A stretch of DNA of 40,557 nt from positions 1 through 40,557 of the forward strand of contig CAYQPY010000001.1 of NCBI GenBank assembly GCA_964419705.1. The letters are read 5' to 3'. Origin of the DNA: an uncultured Dehalococcoidales bacterium (lineage in GTDB: Bacteria; Chloroflexota; Dehalococcoidia; Dehalococcoidales; BS750m-G39). The position numbers and the translations under genes are program-made. Below the pieces are notes generated by a model. That model did not search any database and was not told the DNA's origin. It saw only the letters and a program-made list of their open reading frames with translations. Shown here piece by piece: positions 1 through 7,262 of the stretch (its first letter is position 1; every line of letters begins with the position of its first letter).

Positions 1-343
1 GTTTGGTGGAATAATACTCCGAATACTCCTTGGTGTTGCCGCCCGTGCAGAAAGCGTTGTGGCCGGCACCGGTAAATACCACCGCCACCACCCCGCGGTT
101 CATCTGCGCGCGGTGAAAACCGGCAATAACCCCCTTGACCATCTCCGTGGTGTAGGAGTTGTACTGGGCGGGGTTGTTCAGCGTAATCCAGGCACTGTAA
201 ACCCCCTCCACCGGCTTGCCGCTGGGGTCGATTATGGGTTTCTCCTCGTACATGGTGCAGGGAGCTTCCGTGCCGAAATGCTCCATGCCCCAGATGTTGT
301 GGTCTTTGATACCACCTTCTCTAGGTACCCAGTCTAGAGCCAT
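1..343 (-). CDS. oah: 6-oxocyclohex-1-ene-1-carbonyl-CoA hydrolase (Oah/BamA-type ring-opening crotonase), N-terminal ~114 codons; the C-terminus lies beyond the window start
   Basis: Edge-open ORF, so absent from the ORF track. Reverse-strand ATG at 343-341 with GGAGGT SD at 356-351. Hand translation: MALDWVPREGGIKDHNIWGMEHFGTEAPCTMYEEKPIIDPSGKPVEGVYSAWITLNNPAQYNSYTTEMVKGVIAGFHRAQMNRGVVAVVFTGAGHNAFCTGGNTKEY. It has the crotonase-type VVFTGAG..AFCTGGN motif. The reverse complement of 146-167 (CAGTACAACTCCTACACCACGG, encoding QYNSYTT) fits the degenerate bamA marker-gene forward primer as I remember it. Confidence 0.75.
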   Translation of the reverse strand, partial: MALDWVPREGGIKDHNIWGMEHFGTEAPCTMYEEKPIIDPSGKPVEGVYSAWITLNNPAQYNSYTTEMVKGVIAGFHRAQMNRGVVAVVFTGAGHNAFCTGGNTKEYSEYYSTK

Positions 344-387
344 TGCTAATACCTCCTCTATTGTTTTAAATTTTAAAATCGGTAAGG

Positions 388-1461
388 TTAAAAATCAGGG
401 GTCAGAACTATTCTCTTGGTCAGTCCGCCCTTGTGGGCTTCCTCGTAAGCCTGCGCTATGGTGCTCATCGGCCTCGTCTCGACGAAGGGCGCAATCTTTA
501 TCTTGCCCTCTAAGACCATTTTAAGGACCTCGGGGTAGTATTTGGGCAGACAACCCCAGGAACCCAGGATGTCGGCGTCGAAGGCCATTAATCGTGACAG
601 GGAATACTCGTTCTTCTGCATGCCGAAGCCGCAGATTATCAGCTTGCCCACGAAAGACAATAATTCTAAGCCGATAGCCTGCCCCGCGCCCGTCCCCGTC
701 CACTCGAAAACCTTCCAGCCGTAGTTGCCGGGTATGCCCTTCTCCTTGCAGTAGGCGCGGAACTCGTCCTTTATATCGCGCGGGCTCTTATCCACCGAGC
801 TGATAACGTGGGTGGCGCCGTAATCTAAGGCTCTCTTCAGCTTCTCCGGGTTGCGGGCGATGCCGATGACCTCTTTAGCCCCCAGCGCCTTGCAAATCTG
901 GGTGGCATAGACCCCCAGCCCCCCGGTAGCCCCGATAATTACGGTCAGGTCGCCCGGTTTGACCTCGGCTCTCATCACCGCTTGGTAGGGCGAGGTCACG
1001 GCGTCGGCGATGACGGCGAAATGGGCCAGGGGAACACCCTTCCTGTCGGGGACTAGGCACAGGTCCTCGGCGGGGACGACGATGTGGCTGGAGTTGCCGC
1101 CGTAGATATCCATGCTGTTGCCCGGCATTTTTTGCGCCAGGCAGCGGTTGCCCCTGCCCGCAGCGCAAATCGGGCAGCTGTTGCAGGGCATCACCGCAGG
1201 GATAATTACCTCTTTGCCGACCCACTTGCTGTCGCCGGCGATTACGGTGCCGCTGATTTCGTGCCCCAGCGTCAGCGGCGGTTTGCATACCGTGGGCACG
1301 CCGTCGTAGAAATAGCCCAGGTCGGTATGGCAAACGCCACAGCCGGCAATCTCCACCAGCACCTCGCCGGGCTTGAGTTCGGGGACGTCGATGCTGGTCT
1401 TGGCCAGCTTACCCCCCTCCACCATCTGCCAGGTTTCGATTTTGTCCGGTATTTTCGCCAT
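388..1461 (-). CDS. had: Zn-dependent medium-chain alcohol dehydrogenase; its position directly upstream of oah suggests 6-hydroxycyclohex-1-ene-1-carbonyl-CoA dehydrogenase
   Basis: 357 aa ORF. Catalytic Zn motifs CGVCHTD and GHEISG, structural Zn cluster CNSCPICAAGRGNRC, Rossmann GATGGLG. Same strand as oah, 45 nt upstream of it. The family call is solid; the substrate assignment comes from context. Confidence 0.8.
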   Translation of the reverse strand: MAKIPDKIETWQMVEGGKLAKTSIDVPELKPGEVLVEIAGCGVCHTDLGYFYDGVPTVCKPPLTLGHEISGTVIAGDSKWVGKEVIIPAVMPCNSCPICAAGRGNRCLAQKMPGNSMDIYGGNSSHIVVPAEDLCLVPDRKGVPLAHFAVIADAVTSPYQAVMRAEVKPGDLTVIIGATGGLGVYATQICKALGAKEVIGIARNPEKLKRALDYGATHVISSVDKSPRDIKDEFRAYCKEKGIPGNYGWKVFEWTGTGAGQAIGLELLSFVGKLIICGFGMQKNEYSLSRLMAFDADILGSWGCLPKYYPEVLKMVLEGKIKIAPFVETRPMSTIAQAYEEAHKGGLTKRIVLTPDF

Positions 1462-1588
1462 TCTAATTTATCTCCTCCCTCTACGAATAATAAAATACGA
1501 GGGGCGAAACTCAACCATCATATTCGAGTTATCACCTCCTCGCTAGAGACCTTAACGGTCTTGAAAAAACGGGGGAATACAACAAGTT

Positions 1589-1618
1589 AGTTTATCGTCT
1601 GAGCCCGTCCCGTGTCAA
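1589..1618 (-). promoter_or_regulatory. Candidate sigma70-type promoter for had-oah (TTGACA-18 nt-TAAACT on the minus strand)
   Basis: Reverse strand reads TTGACA (1618-1613), an 18 nt spacer, then TAAACT (1594-1589). This would give a ~125 nt leader to the had ATG at 1461. Confidence 0.3.
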
Positions 1619-1636
1619 CAATAGAAGGGGGGGCCA

Positions 1637-2371
1637 TCATACGCCGTGGCTGAGACGGGCGACTAAGCGCATGGGCAGCTTTTTCTCCACCATCCGGGCC
1701 TGGGTGGCGGTGACGTCGTAGGTAACACGGTAGAGCCAGAACCGCTTCTTCTCGCTGTCATAGATGGCGTAGCTGGCCCTGGGGTCGCCGTCCCGCGGCT
1801 GCCCCACCGCCCCCGGGTTGATAATCAGCCGCGTCTTACCCGGCACCAGCTCCTTCTCCGGGACAAACTGGCGGAAGGAACAGGCGCCGCCCTCGTCATA
1901 GCTAAAGGCGGCAGGCACGTGAGTGTGCGCCAGCAGGCAAAACTGGGTCTTGAAGTAGGCGAAGTTCTCCCTGGCGCCGCTGATGGAAAGCACGTACTCC
2001 CAGATAGGCTCCCGGGGGCTGCCGTGCACCAGGGTACAATCTCCCTTATTGATAACCCGCGGCAGGCCCTTGATGTAGCTCACGTCCCGCGAGTTCAACT
2101 GCTCCGTCGTCCACTCCGAAGCGGCCACGGCGTCGGGGTTAAACTCGGTTTTGTCTATCTGCCCCACCGCCGCCAGGTCGTGGTTACCGGCCACGCAGAC
2201 ATGTTTAGTCTGGCGCAGAAGGTCGATGCACTCGTGCGGGTCGGGGCCGTAACCCACGATATCCCCCAAACACCATATCTCCTCCACACCCCCCCGCTGT
2301 TTAACATCGACCAGTACCGCCGTAAGAGCCGCCAGATTGGCGTGAATGTCAGCAATAATGGCGCAACGCAT
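1637..2371 (-). CDS. Metallophosphoesterase (calcineurin-like, YfcE/MJ0936-type)
   Basis: 244 aa. N-terminal IIADIHAN, GDIVGYGP, AGNHD and HGSP/HTH motifs typical of the metallophosphoesterase fold. Only 31 nt downstream of the kinase gene on the same strand. Confidence 0.8.
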   Translation of the reverse strand: MRCAIIADIHANLAALTAVLVDVKQRGGVEEIWCLGDIVGYGPDPHECIDLLRQTKHVCVAGNHDLAAVGQIDKTEFNPDAVAASEWTTEQLNSRDVSYIKGLPRVINKGDCTLVHGSPREPIWEYVLSISGARENFAYFKTQFCLLAHTHVPAAFSYDEGGACSFRQFVPEKELVPGKTRLIINPGAVGQPRDGDPRASYAIYDSEKKRFWLYRVTYDVTATQARMVEKKLPMRLVARLSHGV

Positions 2372-2402
2372 CTACAACCACTAATATACCAGTTTTTTTA
2401 TG

Positions 2403-3890
2403 TTATGACCAGAGCCACAGGTTAGCCCAGACCGGAAACTCCAGGGTCACCTTTGTTCCCCTGCCTGGCTTGGACTTCAAAATCAGCTTGCCCCCGATGA
2501 GCTGGGCTCTCTCCTTCATACCGGTCAGGCCCAGCTTACCGGCCACGGTCAGGTCGCCCATCTTTGCCGGCAGCTTGAAGCCCTTGCCCTCGTCCTCGAC
2601 GGTTAAAACAGCTTTGTCATCGCCGAATTTGAGCGTGACGCGGGCTTTGGACGCCCCCGAGTGCTTCCAGACATTCCTTAACGCCTCCTGGGCGATACGG
2701 AAGACCACCAGCTCTATCTCAGGGGGGAGGCGGCGCACCGAGCCCTCCACCTTCATCTCCACCGCTATGCCGAAGTGCTCGGTCAGGTCGGCGGTCAGCC
2801 ACTCCAGTGCCGGCAGCAGCCCCAGGTCGTCCAGCACCGACGGCCTCAGGTCCTGACTGAAGCGATGCACCCCGTCCAGTATCTCGCTGGTTTTCCGCCG
2901 CAGTTCCTCGAGAGAGGCGCTGCTCTCCGGCGACGGTTTATCGGCGGCGAGCGCCAGCTCATCCACCTGACGCAGGAGAATTATCAGGTCCTGGGCGGTC
3001 TCGTCGTGAAGCTCACGGGCAATACGCCGCCTTTCTTCCTCCTGGGCGCGGGTAATCTCCTGCAAATGGTTGCGCATACTATCCTCGGCGTTCTTTCTCT
3101 CGGTAACGTCCTCCACCGTCTCTATCGCCCCGATGATTCCGCCGTTGTTACTCTTTATGGGACTGGCCGTAAAGTGAAGCCACCGCCCCCCTCTGCCCAG
3201 CGCCGGAAACCAGTCCTCGGCCTCATAGGCGCCCTCGATGAGACCGGACTTCTTGTATTTACCCCGATAGTGGGCGGCTATCCTGGTCGGTGTAGCTCCA
3301 TCCACGATTAAATCGGCCATAACCGGTCTCCTGGCAGGGTAAAACGCCCGCCACTGCCCGTCCGTTCCGATTATCTCCCCCCTCTTTACCGCCGAAAGGG
3401 ACTCCAGCGCCGTGTTCCAGTGGGTAACGGTATGCCGCTTATTGAGCACAAAGGCCGGGATGGAAGAGCCGTCGATAATCTTGGTCAGCATCCCCTCGGC
3501 ACTCCTGCACCGGGCGATGTCGCGGCGGTGGAAGTAGAACCAGAGGTTGACCAGCCCGCCGATGACGATAACCCCCCCGCTCTCGAAGAAGGCGTCGGGC
3601 GGGCTCGAGGAAACCCAGATAGCGCGGGGCAGCATAATGGCCAGCGCCACCCCCAGGCTGACCAGCCCCGCCTTCAGCCCGAAGACGAGCCCCACGTAGC
3701 CTATGGGCAGCAGCAGGAAGACCCTCTCCACGGCGTGACGGGTCAGGCCCAGTGAGGCCAGCAGCGAAGGCGAATCCGTGCCCAGTATCTGCTGCGGGTA
3801 GTGCAGGATTACGCCCAGGGCAAACATAACCACCACCAGCCAGAACTGGTAGTTAGCCATAACCTTTGATGCCCGACTTAACGGAGACAT
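2403..3890 (-). CDS. Membrane-anchored PAS sensor histidine kinase (HisKA_3/NarX-type H-box)
   Basis: 495 aa. The N-terminal ~125 aa contain several hydrophobic segments (about 4 TM). One PAS-like domain (MLTKIIDGSSIPAFVLNK...IETVEDVTERK), H-box ARELHDETAQ, and ATPase motifs DEGKGF and GLTGMKERA. Confidence 0.85.
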   Translation of the reverse strand: MSPLSRASKVMANYQFWLVVVMFALGVILHYPQQILGTDSPSLLASLGLTRHAVERVFLLLPIGYVGLVFGLKAGLVSLGVALAIMLPRAIWVSSSPPDAFFESGGVIVIGGLVNLWFYFHRRDIARCRSAEGMLTKIIDGSSIPAFVLNKRHTVTHWNTALESLSAVKRGEIIGTDGQWRAFYPARRPVMADLIVDGATPTRIAAHYRGKYKKSGLIEGAYEAEDWFPALGRGGRWLHFTASPIKSNNGGIIGAIETVEDVTERKNAEDSMRNHLQEITRAQEEERRRIARELHDETAQDLIILLRQVDELALAADKPSPESSASLEELRRKTSEILDGVHRFSQDLRPSVLDDLGLLPALEWLTADLTEHFGIAVEMKVEGSVRRLPPEIELVVFRIAQEALRNVWKHSGASKARVTLKFGDDKAVLTVEDEGKGFKLPAKMGDLTVAGKLGLTGMKERAQLIGGKLILKSKPGRGTKVTLEFPVWANLWLWS

Positions 3891-3919
3891 ATCTACGACC
3901 CCCGACTGGTTTAAGAAGT

Positions 3920-4609
3920 TCAGGGCAGGTCTTCCAGGGAAAGCCAGCCTTTTCGCAACGCGTATAATACCGCTTCCGTGCGCGAAGCCACCCCCAGTTT
4001 ATTGAAGATGTTCCCCAGGTGCACCTGTACCGTGCGCGGACTGAGGAAAAGCTGCTGGGCGATATCCTTATTGCTCACGCCGGTGGCGGCTAACTTCAAT
4101 ACCTCCATCTCGCGCTCGCTCAGAGGCTCGATGGCCGGGGTCTCGCCGCCCTTGGGGGCTACCAATCGGTCCACCACCCGGCGGGCGACCACGGGGTGCA
4201 GCACCGACTCGCCGGCATAGACCGCCCTGATGGCGTCAATCAGCTCGCGCACCTTCACCCCTTTGAGCAGATAGCCGGCCGCCCCCGCCTCCAGAAGGGC
4301 AAAGATATACTGGTCGTTATCATAGGCGGTCAGTATCAGCACGGCTATGGATGGGTAAAGCTTCTTTATCTGCTTGGTGGCTTCCACCCCGTTGAGCTTG
4401 GGCATGGCGATATCCATCACCACCACGTCCGGCTTAAGCTCCCTGGCCAGCTTGACCGCCTCTTCGCCGTCGCCGGCCTCCCCCACCACCTCCATGTCCG
4501 GCTCACGCTGCAAAAACTCGCGGGTGCCCTCGCGCACCATCACGTGGTCCTCGGCGAGCAAAACCTTAATCTTATCCATGCCCCTATCCCGAATCGCTTC
4601 CACCGCCAT
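3920..4609 (-). CDS. LuxR/NarL-family response regulator (REC + HTH)
   Basis: Core begins [12 protein letters not shown]...; receiver Asp in VVVMDIAMP; C-terminal [11 protein letters not shown]...NKDIA...[18 protein letters not shown]. Start chosen at ATG 4609 (AAGGTGG SD at 4622-4616). ATG 4579 is an alternative. The track start at 4645 has no SD. Confidence 0.8.
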   Translation of the reverse strand: MAVEAIRDRGMDKIKVLLAEDHVMVREGTREFLQREPDMEVVGEAGDGEEAVKLARELKPDVVVMDIAMPKLNGVEATKQIKKLYPSIAVLILTAYDNDQYIFALLEAGAAGYLLKGVKVRELIDAIRAVYAGESVLHPVVARRVVDRLVAPKGGETPAIEPLSEREMEVLKLAATGVSNKDIAQQLFLSPRTVQVHLGNIFNKLGVASRTEAVLYALRKGWLSLEDLP

Positions 4610-4653
4610 TATAAACCACCTTATCACCCACTTCAATAAAATCAATAGTACAA

Positions 4654-4687
4654 AATGCTTATTAAAAAGCCCCCCAGATTAAGCATT
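4654..4687. promoter_or_regulatory. 8-bp perfect inverted repeat AATGCTTA-N18-TAAGCATT in the divergent regulator / Cys-protein intergenic region
   Basis: AATGCTTA at 4654-4661 and TAAGCATT at 4680-4687. It lies between the response-regulator start and the 4787 gene. Possible operator, but statistically weak on its own. Confidence 0.25.
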
Positions 4688-4786
4688 ATGCGCAGTCCCA
4701 AATAAGCCTCATAACCGATGGCAGCCGAGGGGAGATAGGGTAAGCTATAAGAGGATGAGAGAGAAACCAGACAAGGAGGCTAGAAA

Positions 4787-5407
4787 ATGAAGACAGGGAT
4801 AGAGAAAGAAAAGGTTGAAACCAAAGTCAAGACTGGCGAAGAGCTGATTGTCGTCGCCCCGAAGGAAATCCAGGACCACCTCAAGTGGGGACAGGCTCTC
4901 TTCGAGAAAGGTCACTACGAGGAAGCCCTGGCCGAATTCGATGCCGTACTAAGGACGGCTCCGGGCAGCATCGAGACACGGATCTGGATACGCAAGACCA
5001 AAGAGGCCGTCGCCCAGCCCGCGGTCGAGGTGACAGCCGAAGAGGAAACCGCTGCCGAAGCGGTCAAACCCAAGGAATGCGTCTGGATGAAGCTCGGTAT
5101 GGTCTCCCACCGCCTCTGCACCAACAACTACGACTGCCTCACCTGCGAGTTCGACCAGGAGATGCAGGAGAAGATGGCTAAGGTGGACGCGGCGGAGCTC
5201 GACGCCGCCCTGGAGAGGTTCAAGGAGCTGCCGGGCAGCCAGAGAGTCTGCCGATACGCCCTCAACGGCAGCATTGCCTACCGGCTCTGCACCCGCCTCT
5301 TCCAGTGCGAGACCTGCGAGTTCGGTCAGAACATGGAAGAAGCCACCCAGCGCAAGCTGGCTAAGCTGGCCGCCCGCCGGAACGCCCTGGCTAAAAAGAC
5401 CGCCTAA
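4787..5407 (+). CDS. Hypothetical protein: one TPR-like helix pair plus two copies of a C-x12-C-x5-C-x2-C-E-F module
   Basis: 206 aa, AAGGAGG SD 8 nt upstream. Cys at aa 98/111/117/120 and 155/168/174/177 with identical spacing (HRLCTNNYDCLTCEF and YRLCTRLFQCETCEF). Lys/Ala-rich helical tail. I recognise no family. Confidence 0.7.
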   Translation: MKTGIEKEKVETKVKTGEELIVVAPKEIQDHLKWGQALFEKGHYEEALAEFDAVLRTAPGSIETRIWIRKTKEAVAQPAVEVTAEEETAAEAVKPKECVWMKLGMVSHRLCTNNYDCLTCEFDQEMQEKMAKVDAAELDAALERFKELPGSQRVCRYALNGSIAYRLCTRLFQCETCEFGQNMEEATQRKLAKLAARRNALAKKTA

Positions 5408-5430
5408 CTACCTCCAACGATTGCAAGAAC

Positions 5431-5474
5431 AGAGGCAGACGCTATAAAAAGCGCCTGCCTCTTTGTTTGTTTTT
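5431..5474 (+). terminator. Rho-independent terminator of the 4787-5407 gene
   Basis: AGAGGCAGACGC-tataaaaa-GCGCCTGCCTCT stem-loop followed by TTGTTTGTTTTT. Confidence 0.6.
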
Positions 5475-5475
5475 C

Positions 5476-5790
5476 CCCACCCCAATCTGTAAGCGAGCGT
5501 TTTGCGAACCCACCCTACCCACCCTATAAGGGTGGTACCCCTTATATATCCCCCTCTGGTGGTTAAGCCCCACCCCCTTGATTTTATCTATTCCCGCCCG
5601 CCACCCTTTTAAGGTAAAGAGGGGGCTATGCCCCCTCTTCAACTCCCCAGAGGGGACGCCAGCTCCATATATTTTGGGGGTTCTTAAGGGGGCGAAGCCC
5701 CCCTTTGAAAGACGTTTGTGGGCGGGCTGGTGTGGGAAAAAACACTTGGGGGTGGGGAGGCGCACCCCCTCTTAATAACACCCCCTCCCT
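5476..5790. repeat. Mosaic GC-hairpin repeat cluster, copy 1 (modules A+, C+, B+)
   Basis: Module A 5517-5554 (CCACCC-tataa-GGGTGG hairpin). Module C 5584-5640 (cccgcccgccaccc...AAGAGGGGG-ctat-CCCCCTCTT). Module B 5676-5757 (AAGGGGGC-gaa-GCCCCCCTT hairpin plus gggcgggctggtgtggg). Each module recurs in the other clusters. Confidence 0.85.
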
Positions 5791-5819
5791 TGTGACCTCA
5801 AATACAGCCGTGCTATAAT
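5790..5819 (+). promoter_or_regulatory. Candidate extended -10 promoter for the thiL operon (TTGTGA-N18-TGCTATAAT)
   Basis: TGCTATAAT at 5811-5819 and a weak -35 TTGTGA at 5790-5795. The -10 ends 6 nt before the thiL GTG. Confidence 0.4.
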
Positions 5820-5825
5820 TTTCCC

Positions 5826-6797
5826 GTGAAGGTCTCAGAACTGGGCGAATTCGGGCTCATCGACCTCCTGGCTAAGATGGTGGGCGGGGGCGACGAGCGC
5901 CTCCTCATCGGCATCGGTGACGATGCCGCCGCCTGGCAGGGCGACGACTCGATACAGCTGGCCAGCGTCGACTCCTTCATTCAAGGCGTCCACTTCACCC
6001 CGGAAACAACCCCCTGGCCGGATGTCGGCGGGAAGGCGCTGGCGGTCAATATAAGCGACATCGCCGCTATGGGCGGCATTCCCCGCTACGCACTGGTATC
6101 GCTCTCCCTCCCCGACAACAGCCAGGTCGAGGATGTCGCCGCCCTCTATAACGGCATGCTCAAGCTGGCCAAGCAATACGGCGTAGCCATAATCGGCGGC
6201 GATATCAGCCGCGCCCCGCTGGTCGCCGTCACTATCACCATTCTGGGCAGCAGCCCGACCAAGCAGATACTAACGCGTTCAAGCGCCCGACCCGGAGATA
6301 TAGTGGCCATCACCGGTAATCTGGGTGCCGCCGCGGCGGGCATGGAGGTATTAAAGAATAAACGTAAACTCGACCCCGAAGCCGAAAGCCGCCTCAAGAA
6401 CGCCTTTCTCCACCCCACCCCCCGCATCGCCGAGGGGCTATTACTGGTCGAGCAGGGGGTGAAGACGGCTATCGACATTAGCGACGGGCTGGTCGCCGAC
6501 CTTAATCAGATATGCAAGGCAAGTAAGGTCGGCGCCCGCATCGATGTCGAGCGCGTCCCTATTGAGCCGGCGGTTAAAACCGTATTTAAAGAAAAAGCCC
6601 TTGAATTAGCTCTATCGGGCGGCGAAGACTACGAGCTTTTATTTACCGCCGGCGCCGAGGTTATGGAAAGAGTAAAAAAGGCGGCTTCCGGTCCGGTAAC
6701 GGTCATCGGCGAAATCACCGCCGGCAAGGGAGTCACCCTGGTCGATAAAGAAGGCAACCCCTTCGAGCTGAAAAAGGCGGGCTGGGAGCATTTTTAG
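5826..6797 (+). CDS. thiL: Thiamine-monophosphate kinase
   Basis: 323 aa, GTG start. N-terminal ELGEFGLIDLL, GIGDDAA and AIIGGDI motifs of the ThiL/PurM-like ATP-binding family. Confidence 0.85.
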   Translation: MKVSELGEFGLIDLLAKMVGGGDERLLIGIGDDAAAWQGDDSIQLASVDSFIQGVHFTPETTPWPDVGGKALAVNISDIAAMGGIPRYALVSLSLPDNSQVEDVAALYNGMLKLAKQYGVAIIGGDISRAPLVAVTITILGSSPTKQILTRSSARPGDIVAITGNLGAAAAGMEVLKNKRKLDPEAESRLKNAFLHPTPRIAEGLLLVEQGVKTAIDISDGLVADLNQICKASKVGARIDVERVPIEPAVKTVFKEKALELALSGGEDYELLFTAGAEVMERVKKAASGPVTVIGEITAGKGVTLVDKEGNPFELKKAGWEHF

Positions 6798-6803
6798 CCG
6801 CCG

Positions 6804-7262
6804 ATGAACTCACTGGAGTTAATCACCCGCAGCCCCGAGCAGACGCAAGCGTTGGGCAAGAGCCTGGGCAGGCTGGCTCAGCCCGGTGACGTCATCCTGC
6901 TGGTGGGGAAGCTGGGGGCGGGCAAGACCTGCCTCACCCAGGGCATCGCCTGGGGGCTGGGCATCGACGACTACGCCGCCAGCCCCTCGTTCGTGCTGGT
7001 CAGGGAGCTTTACGGGCGATTGCCTTTATACCATTTGGATTTCTACCGCCTGGAAAACCTGGAGGAGATTGCCGAGCTGGGCTTAGACGACTACTTCTAC
7101 GGCAAAGGCATCTCGGTGGTGGAGTGGGCGGAAAAGGCGCTCAAGCTTTTGCCCCCCGAAAACCTGCTCATCGAGATGGAATATATCGCCGAAAACGAGC
7201 GTCGCCTCCGATTCAAACCTTCGGGCAAACGCTACCGCGAAATGGTGGCGCAACTGAAATAA
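6804..7262 (+). CDS. tsaE: tRNA t6A37 biosynthesis ATPase TsaE (YjeE)
   Basis: 152 aa. Walker A GKLGAGKT, then SPSFVLV...YHLDFYRL, typical of TsaE. Confidence 0.85.
   Translation: MNSLELITRSPEQTQALGKSLGRLAQPGDVILLVGKLGAGKTCLTQGIAWGLGIDDYAASPSFVLVRELYGRLPLYHLDFYRLENLEEIAELGLDDYFYGKGISVVEWAEKALKLLPPENLLIEMEYIAENERRLRFKPSGKRYREMVAQLK

Noticed and set aside
59-524. Plus-strand ORFs 59-337 and 216-524 at the window start
   Set aside because: They are antisense to the oah and had coding regions, whose translations carry clear family motifs. The plus-strand peptides have no motifs and no SD.
5442-5775. ORFs of 107 aa (minus strand) and 65 aa (plus strand) inside repeat copy 1. Similar ORFs occur at 9819-10154 (minus strand) and 18100-18342 (plus strand).
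   Set aside because: They lie wholly within the hairpin repeat clusters and have no SD. Their peptides are Gly/Pro/Arg-rich repeat translations (YKGYHPYRVG, KRG.APL) that recur only because the DNA repeat recurs, so they are spurious.
5408-5825. TPP riboswitch upstream of thiL
   Set aside because: I looked for the CUGAGA / ACCUGAUCUGGAUAAUGCCAGCG-type core and found none. The region is occupied by the repeat cluster and a promoter.
7124-7261. N-terminal extensions offered by the ORF track: tsaB from 7124, trpB from 32733, guaB3 from 18387, the regulator from 4645, the Nfo-like gene from 10170, trpE from 22159, and the Zn-ribbon ORF from 17185
   Set aside because: Each extension overlaps the preceding gene, a promoter box or the terminator U-tract, and gives Arg-rich non-conserved sequence. 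In each case an internal ATG with a proper SD starts exactly at the conserved N-terminus.
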